Shown: positions 20,300 through 30,662 of the stretch, piece by piece
Layout of the letters: the number at the start of each line of letters is the position of its first letter
How positions within the stretch are numbered: the stretch's first letter is position 1
NCBI GenBank assembly: GCA_016709995.1
Contig: JADJLQ010000002.1
Coordinates: 1,070,524-1,134,523, forward strand
From: Saprospiraceae bacterium
GTDB lineage: Bacteria > Bacteroidota > Bacteroidia > Chitinophagales > Saprospiraceae
Length of the DNA stretch: 64,000 nt
Direction: 5' to 3'
Position numbers and translations under genes: made by a program
Notes under the pieces: model-generated
Databases searched by the model: none
What the model was told of the DNA's origin: nothing
The model's input: the letters and a program-made list of their open reading frames with translations, nothing else

Positions 20300-20911
20300 A
20301 TGACCGTATCAGAGCAAAATAAAGAGCAAAGTATCCTGGAGTCCGCCCGGTCCCTCTTCCTGTCCAAAGGGCTTGCGGGTACCTCGATGCATGATATCGC
20401 AGCTCAAGCGGGTACAACTAAGTCGATGGTCAATTATTATTTCAGGAGTAAGGAGCGGCTATTTGCGCGGATATTCAGGGAGGAGTTTGCGCATTTATTT
20501 GCTTCGATCGGGGCTATTATCCAACAAGATCTGCCATTAAAGGAAAAGATCAGGCAGATTGTGAAGGTTGACCTTGAAAAACTGATGTCCATGACGGAGC
20601 TGCCTATGTTTATCATGAGCGAGCTCTATCGCAATCCCGAGATCATTCTCAAAGACCTGGATCATGTACCCATCAAAAAGATTACCAGTCGGTTGGAGGA
20701 AGATATCAATGCGGAGGTGAAGGCTGGACTGATTCGATATATGGATGCTAAAGAATTGATGATCAATATTCAATCCCTTACCATTTACCCTATCCTTGCC
20801 AAACCCTTGCTCATTCACAGGATGGGTCATACTGAAAAATCATTTAATCAACTTATGGAAAAAAGAAAGAACGATATCGTTGAGTTCATCTGGAATTCTA
20901 TCAAAGTATAA
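20300..20911 (+). CDS. TetR/AcrR family transcriptional regulator
   Basis: 203 aa with the N-terminal HTH GLAGTSMHDIAAQAGTTKSMVNYYFRSKE. Confidence 0.9.
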   Translation: MTVSEQNKEQSILESARSLFLSKGLAGTSMHDIAAQAGTTKSMVNYYFRSKERLFARIFREEFAHLFASIGAIIQQDLPLKEKIRQIVKVDLEKLMSMTELPMFIMSELYRNPEIILKDLDHVPIKKITSRLEEDINAEVKAGLIRYMDAKELMINIQSLTIYPILAKPLLIHRMGHTEKSFNQLMEKRKNDIVEFIWNSIKV

Positions 20912-20922
20912 TCTCTGACCTT

Positions 20923-22191
20923 ATGCATAATGTTAAACATCGGATATTGATCGCCCTGCTGGTTTGCGCCAGCTACCTCCCGGGCCAAAACACGCTATCG
21001 CTCTCTGGCCTGTATGATGCAGCCGCAGCAGCTCATCCCTACCAGCGGCTCAAAACTGCTGCACAAAACAATGCTGACTTGCGGCAGCAGATCAACAAAA
21101 GCATCGGGCTGCCACAGGCAAACCTGACGGGTCAGGCATCCTGGCAGTCAGATGTCACCAAGATTGATGTGCCTCTGCCGGGATTTGAGATACCCGGTCA
21201 GCCCAAGGATCAGTACCGCGCCGTGTTGGAGCTGAGCCAGTCCTTGCTGGATGGAGGGGCTTTGAAATCAGGCGCACAACAGATCACCCAGGCTAACCAG
21301 GTCGAGCAAGCCAATGCAGATGTTCTGCTATACAATATAAAGGAGTCGATCTGCCGGTCGTATTTCGGTGCGCAGATCGCAGAGTTGACAATGGAGCAGA
21401 TGCAGATACTGATTAAAGACCTGGAAGACAAAGTAGAGCGGTTGCAGTCCCAGATCGCAGGTGGCATTGCCAGTGGCTATCAGCAGGAAGTACTGCAAGT
21501 CAAGATTGCTGAAGCCAGGCAGGGTATTCGGGAGGCTCAAAAAAACAAACAAAGTGCAATCAATACACTACAGATCCTAAGCGGTACTAGCATCGGACCA
21601 GATGCCCGGTTCAATGACAACATCCGGGGCATGACAAATGGTGCTGCTCAAAGGCCCGAACTCAGATTGTTTGAAGCCCAAAAAAACCTGCAGATTGCTC
21701 AATACGACCAGAGTTTGACACGGTACCGTCCCAGAGTGAATGCTTTCGCCCAGCTGGGATATGGTAGGCCCAGCCTCAATGTGCTCTCCGATAAATTTAA
21801 AGGATATTCAATCTTTGGGCTGCGTGCGCAATGGAATCTCAGTGATCTCTATCTGCATCACCGAGACAAAGAAAAAAGCCTGCTCACCAATAACCTTAGC
21901 AATATTCAAGCTATGTCCGATGCATTTGACCTGCAGCAGAAAACCAAAATCGCAGCGCAAAATGCAGAAATCGAAAGTTATATTGACCTGGTCCGAGAAG
22001 ACGAAAAAGTGATAACCCTGTATGAAAAAATACTCATTAGCAGCAATGCACAATTTGAAAACGGCATCTCTACCATCAATGATTATTCTAACGATGCAAA
22101 TAACCTTGCTCAAGCAAAAATCAGGCGGGATGTACATCAATCCATGCTCATGCAATCCAAAGAATTATTAAGCCTCCTCCAGGGAAAATAA
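20923..22191 (+). CDS. TolC family outer membrane efflux protein
   Basis: 422 aa, signal peptide, coiled-coil-rich two-repeat OMF architecture, operon context. Confidence 0.85.
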   Translation: MHNVKHRILIALLVCASYLPGQNTLSLSGLYDAAAAAHPYQRLKTAAQNNADLRQQINKSIGLPQANLTGQASWQSDVTKIDVPLPGFEIPGQPKDQYRAVLELSQSLLDGGALKSGAQQITQANQVEQANADVLLYNIKESICRSYFGAQIAELTMEQMQILIKDLEDKVERLQSQIAGGIASGYQQEVLQVKIAEARQGIREAQKNKQSAINTLQILSGTSIGPDARFNDNIRGMTNGAAQRPELRLFEAQKNLQIAQYDQSLTRYRPRVNAFAQLGYGRPSLNVLSDKFKGYSIFGLRAQWNLSDLYLHHRDKEKSLLTNNLSNIQAMSDAFDLQQKTKIAAQNAEIESYIDLVREDEKVITLYEKILISSNAQFENGISTINDYSNDANNLAQAKIRRDVHQSMLMQSKELLSLLQGK

Positions 22192-22235
22192 TCCATTTTA
22201 CCATCAAAATAATCCGAAATATAAAATAGAAGAAA

Positions 22236-23228
22236 ATGAAAATTATAAATCTACATTCAATGGCATGCTACGCAGGGGTATCGATTTTACTCATTACTGC
22301 TTGCAGCAAAAAAGGTGACTCTTACAAGGCCAGTGGTATTTTCGAAGCCAAAGAAATCATCGTTTCTTCTTTGGCTGGAGGTAGGGTAAATCAATTGAAT
22401 ATCGAGGAAGGATACACTCTGACTGCGGGACAGTTAGTAGGAAAGATCGATTGTAGCCAACAAGAGCTATCTGTAAAACAAGCGACTGAATCGCTCAATA
22501 TACTTCAATATAAAACTGCCGATGCAGGTCCCAATATCAAAGTCTTGCAGCAGCAGGTCATTGTCCAGCAAAACCAGGTAAATGTGTTACAGGAGCAGAT
22601 GGCTACAACGCTGCGGGAAGAAGCCAGGCTGAAGAAATTGGTTGAAGCCAGGGCTATCCCTTCTAAACAATTGGATGATATCCAAAGTAATAAAGCAATA
22701 CTTCAAAAGCAAATTGAAAGCGCTACAGCTCAAATAGGGGTATACAAACAACAGATGGAGGCGGCTCTAAAGAATACAGCTACTCAAAATAGGGCTATTC
22801 TTGCTGAAAAATCACCCATGACTGCCCGCGAAGCTCAACTCAAAGATCTCGAAGAAAAATGCAATATCATCAATCCGATTAATGGCACGGTCCTTACCCA
22901 ATATACTTATGCTTATGAAATGGCCAATCCCGGTAAAGCACTGTATAAAATAGCTAACCTCGATACACTTTATCTCAAAGCATATATCACCGGCACTCAA
23001 CTTGGAGAGATCAAGTTGGGACAAACTGTTGAAGTCATCACCAATCAAGGCGAGGATACCAAAAGCACCTACCCTGGTATGATCATTTGGATCTCGGACA
23101 AAGCAGAGTTTACCCCTAAATCTATCATGACGGTAGACGAGCGGGCCAATCTGGTATATCCTGTCAAAATAAAGACGGCCAATGATGGGAAAATCAAAAT
23201 AGGCATGTTTGCTGAAATCAATTGGTAA
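22236..23228 (+). CDS. HlyD-family periplasmic adaptor (YbhG-like), lipoprotein
   Basis: 330 aa, lipobox LLITAC, long Q-rich coiled coil, C-terminal beta-barrel segment. Its TAA overlaps the next ATG (TAATG). Confidence 0.85.
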   Translation: MKIINLHSMACYAGVSILLITACSKKGDSYKASGIFEAKEIIVSSLAGGRVNQLNIEEGYTLTAGQLVGKIDCSQQELSVKQATESLNILQYKTADAGPNIKVLQQQVIVQQNQVNVLQEQMATTLREEARLKKLVEARAIPSKQLDDIQSNKAILQKQIESATAQIGVYKQQMEAALKNTATQNRAILAEKSPMTAREAQLKDLEEKCNIINPINGTVLTQYTYAYEMANPGKALYKIANLDTLYLKAYITGTQLGEIKLGQTVEVITNQGEDTKSTYPGMIIWISDKAEFTPKSIMTVDERANLVYPVKIKTANDGKIKIGMFAEINW

Positions 23229-24142
23229 TGGCTATCGTAGAAGTAAAAAATATCTAAAAATCGTATGACAAAGGCAAGATCAAAGCCCTGCAGGATATAT
23301 CCTTGTCTGTAGATAAAGGAGAGTTATACGGATTGATCGGTCCAGACGGAGCAGGCAAGACTACCTTGATTCGAATCATTGCCAGCCTGTTGATTGCTGA
23401 TAGTGGAAGTGCAACCTTGGCCGGATTTGATGTAGTCACAGATTACCTCCAAATACGCTCTATTATCGGGTATATGCCGGGTAAATTTTCGTTGTACCAG
23501 GATCTTTCAGTAGAAGAAAATCTTCAGTTTTTTGCCACAGTGTTTAATACGACTATCAAAGAAAATTTCGAATTGATCAAAGATTTGTATGTCCAGTTGG
23601 AACCATTCAAATCAAGACGCGCCGGCAAACTTTCCGGAGGTATGAAACAAAAATTAGCGCTCTGCTGTGCACTTATACACGAACCCAAAGTATTACTTCT
23701 GGACGAGCCCACCACCGGGGTAGACCCTGTATCAAGAAAGGAGTTTTGGGAAATGCTGATCAAATTAAAAGCCAAAGGAATCACCATCATAGTGTCTACC
23801 CCTTATATGGATGAAGCAGCTATGTGTGACAGAATATCTCTGATACAAAATGGTAAAATATTGGAGACTGGTACTCCTGCTGCGGTGACTAAGTATGCTG
23901 CGCATAAGATCTATGCCGTCAAAGCTGAGTCTATGTATGAATTGATGAAATCTATCAGACTTTATCCATCCTTGCATTCATGTTATGCATTTGGAGATTC
24001 GCATCATGTCCAGTTGGAAGATGATGATATCGCAGGGCTTACTGGTTTTCTGGAACAACAAGGAATAAACGATACGCAGATCAAAGAAATAGCTCCGGGC
24101 ATAGAAGACATATTTATGGAAAAAATGAATCTAGCTGTATGA
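23228..24142 (+). pseudogene. ABC transporter ATP-binding protein with an in-frame TAA at codon 10
   Basis: The ATG at 23228 is coupled to the hlyD stop. It reads MAIVEVKNI, then TAA (23255-23257), then KSYDKGKIKALQDISLSVDKGELYGLIGPDGAGKTT (Walker A), LSGGMKQK, LLLDEP. The whole gene is one frame. Confidence 0.8.
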
Positions 24143-24873
24143 ATGCCATCGAAGTAAAAGATCTGACTAAAACATTTGGTGCATTTACGGCAGTAGACCA
24201 TATCACCTTTGATGTGAAAAAAGGTGAAATTTTTGGTTTCCTTGGAGCAAACGGAGCAGGAAAGACTACTGCCATGCGCATGCTCTGTGGGTTATTATTG
24301 CCCAGCTCAGGTTCAGGTACTGTGGCCGGATATGACATTGCAACCCAAAGTGAAGACATCAAAAAAAACATAGGCTATATGAGTCAAAAGTTTTCTTTGT
24401 ACAATGATCTGACAGTAAGAGAAAACATACGATTTTATGGTGGTCTTTACGATATTCCATCAAAAGAATTAAAACTCAAAAGTGAGGCTTTGCTGGAAAG
24501 GCTAGGATTGACTGCCTACGCCAATAAACTGCTCAGCTCTTTACCCCTGGGCTGGAAGCAAAAATTGGCTTTTTCAGTAGCGATTCAACACAAACCCTCT
24601 ATCGTTTTTTTGGACGAGCCTACCGGAGGTGTAGATCCTATCACCCGAAGACAGTTTTGGGATATGATCTACGAAGCGTCTAATGATGGCCTTACAGTAT
24701 TCGCCACTACACATTATATGGACGAAGCTGAGTATTGTCATAGGGTATCCATCATGGTGGATGGCCAAATAGCGGCACTGGATACTCCGACTGCACTAAA
24801 GGAAAAATATGAAAGTAAAAATATGGATGAGGTATTTAGAAAATTGGCGAGGAAAGCTGTGAGAGGGGAATAG
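24139..24873 (+). CDS. ABC transporter ATP-binding protein (second ATPase)
   Basis: 244 aa with Walker A GANGAGKTT, signature LPLGWKQK and Walker B VFLDEP. ATGA overlap with the upstream gene. Confidence 0.92.
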   Translation: MNAIEVKDLTKTFGAFTAVDHITFDVKKGEIFGFLGANGAGKTTAMRMLCGLLLPSSGSGTVAGYDIATQSEDIKKNIGYMSQKFSLYNDLTVRENIRFYGGLYDIPSKELKLKSEALLERLGLTAYANKLLSSLPLGWKQKLAFSVAIQHKPSIVFLDEPTGGVDPITRRQFWDMIYEASNDGLTVFATTHYMDEAEYCHRVSIMVDGQIAALDTPTALKEKYESKNMDEVFRKLARKAVRGE

Positions 24874-25167
24874 GGAATAGGCAATAGTGCGTCCCGAAGA
24901 TTCGGGAGACCCCCTTCAGGGTTGGGGTTGTGCGGTCGAATGAATGAAAAAATCAAGAATCAATAAGCAATAGGCAATAGGCAATTAGCAATAGGCATCA
25001 TGAAACTTCGGGAGAAGGAATGAAGAATTGTTGAATTGCCTGAAGACTCAAAGCGGGCACCTGATACCTGAAAACTGAACGAAATGAATAAATTTAATAA
25101 ATAGGAGAAATGCAGTTATCGAACGGAATTGCTCATGCTATACCCCTTACAAAACTGAAATAAACAA
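24874..25167. repeat. REP-like intergenic element cluster inside the ABC operon
   Basis: AATAGGCAAT-type short repeats at 24876-24887 and 24962-24998. Hairpins tcccgaagattcggga (24892-24907) and acccc..ggggt (24909-24928). The GCAATAGGCATC..GAA..TTCGG motif recurs at 52488-52510. Confidence 0.6.
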
Positions 25168-26277
25168 ATGAAATCATCACTTTATGCCATGATCGTCAAA
25201 GAATTTAAGCACGTGCTGCGGGACGGGCGAAGCTTGTTTTTTTTGTTGGCTCAGCCGGTGATGATGATGACACTATTTGGATTTGCCCTGAGCAATGAGG
25301 TCAAGGAATCCCGGGTAGTCATCATCAATCAGGCACATGATGAGATGAGTGCTGCGTTGATCGATCGATTTGATGAAAGTAGATATTTTCATGTGGTGGG
25401 CACGATTGATGACAGCAAAGAAGTCAGCACCTGGTTTGAACAAGGTAAAGCTTTGCTTGCCATAGTATTTCCTGCCCATTTTGCGGAGGATCTGAAACAT
25501 ACCAACAAAGGATCGGTGCAGATCCTGGCTGATGCTTCTGATCCAAATACGGCGGCTATAGCTGCTAATTATGCGGGGGCGATATTGAGGAATTTTCAAT
25601 CGGAAGGTCTGGGCCTGACCAAGCTGCCCTATGAGATCAAAGTGGAGCCGCATATGCTGTACAATCCTCAACTGATCAGTGCATTTAATTTTGTACCCGG
25701 TGTGATGACCCTGATCCTTATGATCCTTGGCGCTATGATGACATCAGTGGCCATCGTACGAGAAAAGGAAACAGGCACCATGGAAGTTTTGCTTGCATCG
25801 CCGATGCATCCGATGCAGATCGTGATCAGCAAGGCAGTGCCTTATATGGTGCTGGCCTTTGTCAATGTATTGATCATTTTGTTTTTATCTGTCTTTGTAT
25901 TAAATGTTCCTATCCGGGGCAGTTTGTTCTTATTGTTGGCGGAGAGTGTGTTATTTATCAGCACCACTCTTGCTTTGGGATTGTTGATATCCACTTCTAC
26001 TGAAAAGCAACAGGTGGCCATGTTTATTTCGTTGGTAGGATTGATGTTGCCGGCTTTGATATTCAGCGGATTTATGTTCCCTATAGAAAACATGCCTTTG
26101 CCACTTCGAGTCATCTCTCATGTGGTACCTACGAGATGGTATTATAGCATAGTGCGGGCGATCATGATTAAAGGTTTGGGCATAGCCAGTATTTGGAAAG
26201 AGACATTGATTTTAGGAGGTATGACGATAGTTTTGATCGCTATTGCAGTTAAAAAGTTTAAAGTGCATCTACAATGA
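25168..26277 (+). CDS. ABC-2 type transporter permease (YbhS/YbhR-like)
   Basis: 369 aa: N-terminal TM helix, large periplasmic loop, then 5 C-terminal TM helices. Confidence 0.88.
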   Translation: MKSSLYAMIVKEFKHVLRDGRSLFFLLAQPVMMMTLFGFALSNEVKESRVVIINQAHDEMSAALIDRFDESRYFHVVGTIDDSKEVSTWFEQGKALLAIVFPAHFAEDLKHTNKGSVQILADASDPNTAAIAANYAGAILRNFQSEGLGLTKLPYEIKVEPHMLYNPQLISAFNFVPGVMTLILMILGAMMTSVAIVREKETGTMEVLLASPMHPMQIVISKAVPYMVLAFVNVLIILFLSVFVLNVPIRGSLFLLLAESVLFISTTLALGLLISTSTEKQQVAMFISLVGLMLPALIFSGFMFPIENMPLPLRVISHVVPTRWYYSIVRAIMIKGLGIASIWKETLILGGMTIVLIAIAVKKFKVHLQ

Positions 26278-27395
26278 AAAAATTATTAGTCATCGTGCGA
26301 AAAGAATTTGCACAAATCTTTCGTCAGCCTGCCATTTTGCGTATGATGATCATGATGCCGATAGTTCAATTGATTTTGATACCACTGGCAGCAGACTATG
26401 AGGTGCGCAACATCAATCTTCAGGTCATTGATTTCGATCATTCTACCTATTCCCAGGAGATGATCCAAAAACTGGCGGCTTCTCCGTATTTTAGATTGGT
26501 CAGCGTACCTGACCATCCTGACAAAGCGCTGCATAATATCGAAGAGAATATAGCCGATCTGACTATCACTGTGCCACATAATTTTGAAAAAGATCTGATT
26601 CGTGAAAACAAAGCATCGGTTTCTATTGAAGCAGATGCCGTCAACGGCACCAAAGCTTCTCTGGGTGTCACCTACGCATCCCAGATCATTGGAGATTATA
26701 ATCAACAGATCAGGGAAAGGCTGGTTCAGATGCCCAGATTTAATGAAATGACCCTTATTGAGGTGAATACTTCCTTTTGGTATAATCCATTGATCAAATA
26801 CCCTTTGTTTATGGTACCGGGTATCTTAGCCTTATTGGTTACGATGGTTGGTGGTCTGATGTCTGCACTTAATATCGTATCGGAGAAAGAAATCGGCACG
26901 ATAGAACAATTAAATGTAAGCCCGATGAAAAGGTATCAATTTTTGCTTGGCAAATTAATTCCATTTTGGGTGCTTGGCCTCGTGTCGATCACTTTGGGTT
27001 TGTTGGTAGCTTATTTTATTTATGGGATCGTACCAAGAGGTTCTTATTTTTCGATTTATTTTTTCTCGGGAGTGTATTTGATAGGCGCATTGGGAGTAGG
27101 GCTATTGTTGAGCACGCTGGTAGACACCCAGATGCAGGCGACTTTGTTTTCTTTTTTTATAGTCATGTTTTTTGTGCTGATGGGAGGTCTGTATACGCCG
27201 ATCGAATCCATGCCAGATTGGGCACAAACTTTGTCGTCTTTTAATCCTGTGCGATATTTTATCCGTGTTATGAGAGCTATTGTAATCAAGGGAAGTGGTA
27301 TTGGAGATTTGATCCCTGAACTGAAGGCGATGATCGTATTTGGGATTGTGTTGAATACCCTGGCGGTGTTGAATTATAGAAAGAGAAGCACCTGA
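26274..27395 (+). CDS. ABC-2 type transporter permease (second copy)
   Basis: 373 aa with the same architecture. ATGA overlap with the upstream permease. Confidence 0.88.
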   Translation: MKKLLVIVRKEFAQIFRQPAILRMMIMMPIVQLILIPLAADYEVRNINLQVIDFDHSTYSQEMIQKLAASPYFRLVSVPDHPDKALHNIEENIADLTITVPHNFEKDLIRENKASVSIEADAVNGTKASLGVTYASQIIGDYNQQIRERLVQMPRFNEMTLIEVNTSFWYNPLIKYPLFMVPGILALLVTMVGGLMSALNIVSEKEIGTIEQLNVSPMKRYQFLLGKLIPFWVLGLVSITLGLLVAYFIYGIVPRGSYFSIYFFSGVYLIGALGVGLLLSTLVDTQMQATLFSFFIVMFFVLMGGLYTPIESMPDWAQTLSSFNPVRYFIRVMRAIVIKGSGIGDLIPELKAMIVFGIVLNTLAVLNYRKRST

Positions 27396-27429
27396 TCGTT
27401 TTTTTGTATCCAGCTTTAGGAAGAATTAA

Positions 27430-29766
27430 TTAATGGAAGATCAGGATGCTTTTTGTTTCCTGCCAATTTTCTGTCCTACATATTAGCGTAAACGCTCCTT
27501 CACGTACATTTTGACAATCCAGAGTAATATTATTTTCTCCTGTAATTTGGGCGAGACCGGTATAGACCATTTGTCCAAGCTCATTGATGAGGTAAACTTT
27601 TATTTTTCCGGAGGGAAGTTTTCCAAACCGGATATTTAACCAGGAGCTCACCGGATTGGGATAGACAGTGATGGTGGTTGGAGCCTTAGGGGGAAGCACT
27701 CTGGCATTTATATGATTTACAGATAAAGTGTAATCTTCTACTTCACCAAAACTAAAGGTCTCGCAAGCATTGCTTTTTTTACTGTCACGCATTTGGATGC
27801 GGAGTCGGTAGCTGCCTGGTGTTACCCAAGCAGGGATATTTATGTTTTCGTGGATGGAGAGTGCGCTGGTTTTCTGCAAAAGCATTTCATTGAGGTCATC
27901 AAAATCTCCATCCTGATTCCAATCGGCCCACATATACCAATTTTCAGAAAGAGTATAATTTCCGGCGAAGCCTGCTTGAAGATGGATGTCCAGCAGTTGT
28001 CCGGGATTTACTTCAATGGTGGCCTCCGTGTGGTCCAGGTACCCATTATTATTGCCTGTTTTAAAAAGTTGACTGCCGATGCTGACCTGGTTGATAAATT
28101 CATATTTGCTGATTTTTCCTTTGGAAATACAATAATTGATCTGGCAGGGTTTGCAGTACGGGCCACAGTCAATACCGGTTTCAGAAGCATCCTGAATGCC
28201 GTTTTGACAAGGATCGATCAAGATGGCTTCCTGTAAAATAATTTTATAGTCTTCTGTTTCACCAAAATCGAAGGTATCGCAAGCAGAGTGAGGCAACGCC
28301 CACTGCATTTGGACCCTCATGGAAAAAGTATCTGAAGTGGCAAGTTTAAAAGTCGATGGAAAATATTTTAGAGTGAGTGTATCTGTGATGGTACCGATGT
28401 CCTGATGGTGATAAACCCATTCCTGATCATTATCAAAAAGTCCATTTTTATTCCAATCAATCCAAATGGACCAATGTTGTTGTGTTTGGTAATCGTTGGG
28501 GGCAGGTTTTAAGACTATAGAGTTTGTCTTATTGGTATACAAGGGTAAATAGGTATCGTCAAAGGCGGCATAGCCATGATCGTCCCCTGTGCTATGGGTA
28601 CTATCATTGATGGATACAGATTGGATATAATCAAACATCGAAAACATTCCTGCTCCTATACATGGACATGGGGCACAATCACCTCCACAATCGATGCCGG
28701 TCTCTTTGCCATTTTGAATACCATCATGACAAGTGTTTAAAGCTACAGTTGGACAAGGGCCACATTCTCCTCCGCAGTCGATACCTGTTTCATCGCCATT
28801 TTGAATACCATCACTACAATGAGCTATGATACCAATAGATAATCCAGGAGACTGTAAGATAGATGCCCGATATCCTCCAGGAGCAAACAAAGCTTCCATC
28901 CTGTCGACCTGGCCTTGAGTGAATAAGCTCATGCAAGCATCATCCGAATAGTCTAAAAAATTCTCGACCATATCGATGCCAGAACATGAAGGATGGTCTA
29001 TTTTGCAGCCATAATTTGGTTCTGCAGAATTAGGAGTGTCGTCTACCTCGTCATCCGCTTCGCAACCGGTGCTTAGACCCCAGGTGTGAAATAGATTAAG
29101 CCAATGACCTACCTCATGGGTCACTGTTCGACCCATATCAAAAGGGCTATATTTTTCATTTGGGCCGAAATATTTGTAATTGATGACGACGCCATCTCTT
29201 GAATCACCGGGCATATAAGCATATCCCAATACCCCTGATACATTCGCTACCCATATATTTAGATAATGCTGGGACGGCCATGGGGACTTGCCTCCATAGA
29301 GATCTGACATTACCACAGGGCCAATAGGGAATTTTGAAAGTGTCGTATAAGTCCTGGTGATTCCATTAGTCCTATAACCCATCGGATCTACCGTGGCCAG
29401 GTGAAATCGGATCGAACTCGCAGCAGCCTGAGCATACTTTTGAGTTTGAATGGTGCCAAAATCTTTGTTGAGAATATTGATCTGGGCTATGATCTGTGAA
29501 TCACTGATATTTTGTAATTCAGTATTATACACTACGTGTACTACTACCGGGATATGGATCTCTGCCCTGCGCATACCTTGTCCCGATTGATAGGTATGGG
29601 TATGATCAGATATGAGGTTACGAGTCTGTAGAAAAGCTGGATTGGTCTGTAATTGTTGAAGGTAAATCCCGTCACTTCCACAAGATCTGGTGATGTTCTG
29701 GCTGTGTAACGTGCTTGAAGAAATCACTATTAACAGGATCAAACACGCCTTCAAACAGACCTTCAT
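27430..29766 (-). CDS. secreted M43 (pappalysin/cytophagalysin-like) zinc metalloprotease with three Cys-rich modules, two GEVED-like domains and a T9SS C-terminal sorting domain
   Basis: Start taken at MKVCLKACLILL (29766). Contains HEVGHWLNLFHTW zincin motif, three C..GIQNG.ETGIDCG..C.PC modules, FGETEDY and FGEVEDY, and a C-terminal TVYPNPVSSWLNIRF...ILIFH tail. Confidence 0.85.
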   Translation of the reverse strand: MKVCLKACLILLIVISSSTLHSQNITRSCGSDGIYLQQLQTNPAFLQTRNLISDHTHTYQSGQGMRRAEIHIPVVVHVVYNTELQNISDSQIIAQINILNKDFGTIQTQKYAQAAASSIRFHLATVDPMGYRTNGITRTYTTLSKFPIGPVVMSDLYGGKSPWPSQHYLNIWVANVSGVLGYAYMPGDSRDGVVINYKYFGPNEKYSPFDMGRTVTHEVGHWLNLFHTWGLSTGCEADDEVDDTPNSAEPNYGCKIDHPSCSGIDMVENFLDYSDDACMSLFTQGQVDRMEALFAPGGYRASILQSPGLSIGIIAHCSDGIQNGDETGIDCGGECGPCPTVALNTCHDGIQNGKETGIDCGGDCAPCPCIGAGMFSMFDYIQSVSINDSTHSTGDDHGYAAFDDTYLPLYTNKTNSIVLKPAPNDYQTQQHWSIWIDWNKNGLFDNDQEWVYHHQDIGTITDTLTLKYFPSTFKLATSDTFSMRVQMQWALPHSACDTFDFGETEDYKIILQEAILIDPCQNGIQDASETGIDCGPYCKPCQINYCISKGKISKYEFINQVSIGSQLFKTGNNNGYLDHTEATIEVNPGQLLDIHLQAGFAGNYTLSENWYMWADWNQDGDFDDLNEMLLQKTSALSIHENINIPAWVTPGSYRLRIQMRDSKKSNACETFSFGEVEDYTLSVNHINARVLPPKAPTTITVYPNPVSSWLNIRFGKLPSGKIKVYLINELGQMVYTGLAQITGENNITLDCQNVREGAFTLICRTENWQETKSILIFH

Positions 29767-29930
29767 TATATTAAATATATTTTTAATATGATATGGAATC
29801 AAAAATGGTGCCAAAGTCCTTGCCTGGATGGAGCTTCCCAGGTTTCGCGGGGTGATAAATATGACCCAGAATGTAAATATTTTAAGCGTCTTGCTCACGC
29901 TGTTGCATAAATTATTAGCTTAGTAGGCTA

Positions 29931-30662
29931 ATGAATAAAACTGAATCTACACCATTGACTACGCATACTTTTGAGGTGAATGGAACAACACGTTCTTATC
30001 TCTCCAATGATGAAGTCCCTACGCCAAAGTATATAGTGATCGTATTTCATGGCAATGGAGGCACTGCGGAAGGATTTGCCAAAAAGTACGTTCTTCAAAA
30101 TATTTTTTCTGAGGGATTGATAGTTTATCTGCAGGGTATCCCTGGTATCGGTGGCGGATTTGATCCCAAGGGATTAAAAAATGGTTGGCAACGAAAGAAA
30201 GGGGATGGAGAAGATCGGGATTTGTATGCGATCGATATGCTGGTCAAACATTTGAAGTCGTCCTATCCAAAGCTTAAAGATAAGATCTATGCCATGGGTC
30301 ATAGTAATGGGGGTCGATTCACTTATCTGCTATGGAGTGAAAGAGCGGGTTTATTCAATGGATTTATCATCAATGCCCACCAGGGAGTAGATCTGCTAGG
30401 TGCGGAGCTCGAGCCCAGGTCTGCAATGATAATCACTGGAAGACAAGACAGGGTAGTGAATAATGCCAATCAATTGAAATCAGCTGATCTCGTGCAGTCC
30501 TTGCTTCAATGTGATAGTCACGAAATCATCAATGACGAACTGACCATCTATAGAAATATTAAAACCGGATTGAAATTGCATCATTATATTCACCTGGGAG
30601 GACATGATCTGCCAAAGCCGGCGTTGAAATTTATAGCTGCATTCCTGGAAGGCTCAAGGTGA
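29931..30662 (+). CDS. alpha/beta hydrolase (esterase, PHB-depolymerase/LpqC-like)
   Basis: 243 aa with VIVFHGNGGTAEGF and the nucleophile elbow GHSNGG. Confidence 0.7.
   Translation: MNKTESTPLTTHTFEVNGTTRSYLSNDEVPTPKYIVIVFHGNGGTAEGFAKKYVLQNIFSEGLIVYLQGIPGIGGGFDPKGLKNGWQRKKGDGEDRDLYAIDMLVKHLKSSYPKLKDKIYAMGHSNGGRFTYLLWSERAGLFNGFIINAHQGVDLLGAELEPRSAMIITGRQDRVVNNANQLKSADLVQSLLQCDSHEIINDELTIYRNIKTGLKLHHYIHLGGHDLPKPALKFIAAFLEGSR

Noticed and set aside
24962-24998. AATAGGCAAT short repeats as a CRISPR array.
   Set aside because: The units are about 10 nt, directly adjacent, without unique spacers of about 30 nt, and there are no cas genes. They fit a microsatellite/REP-like element instead.
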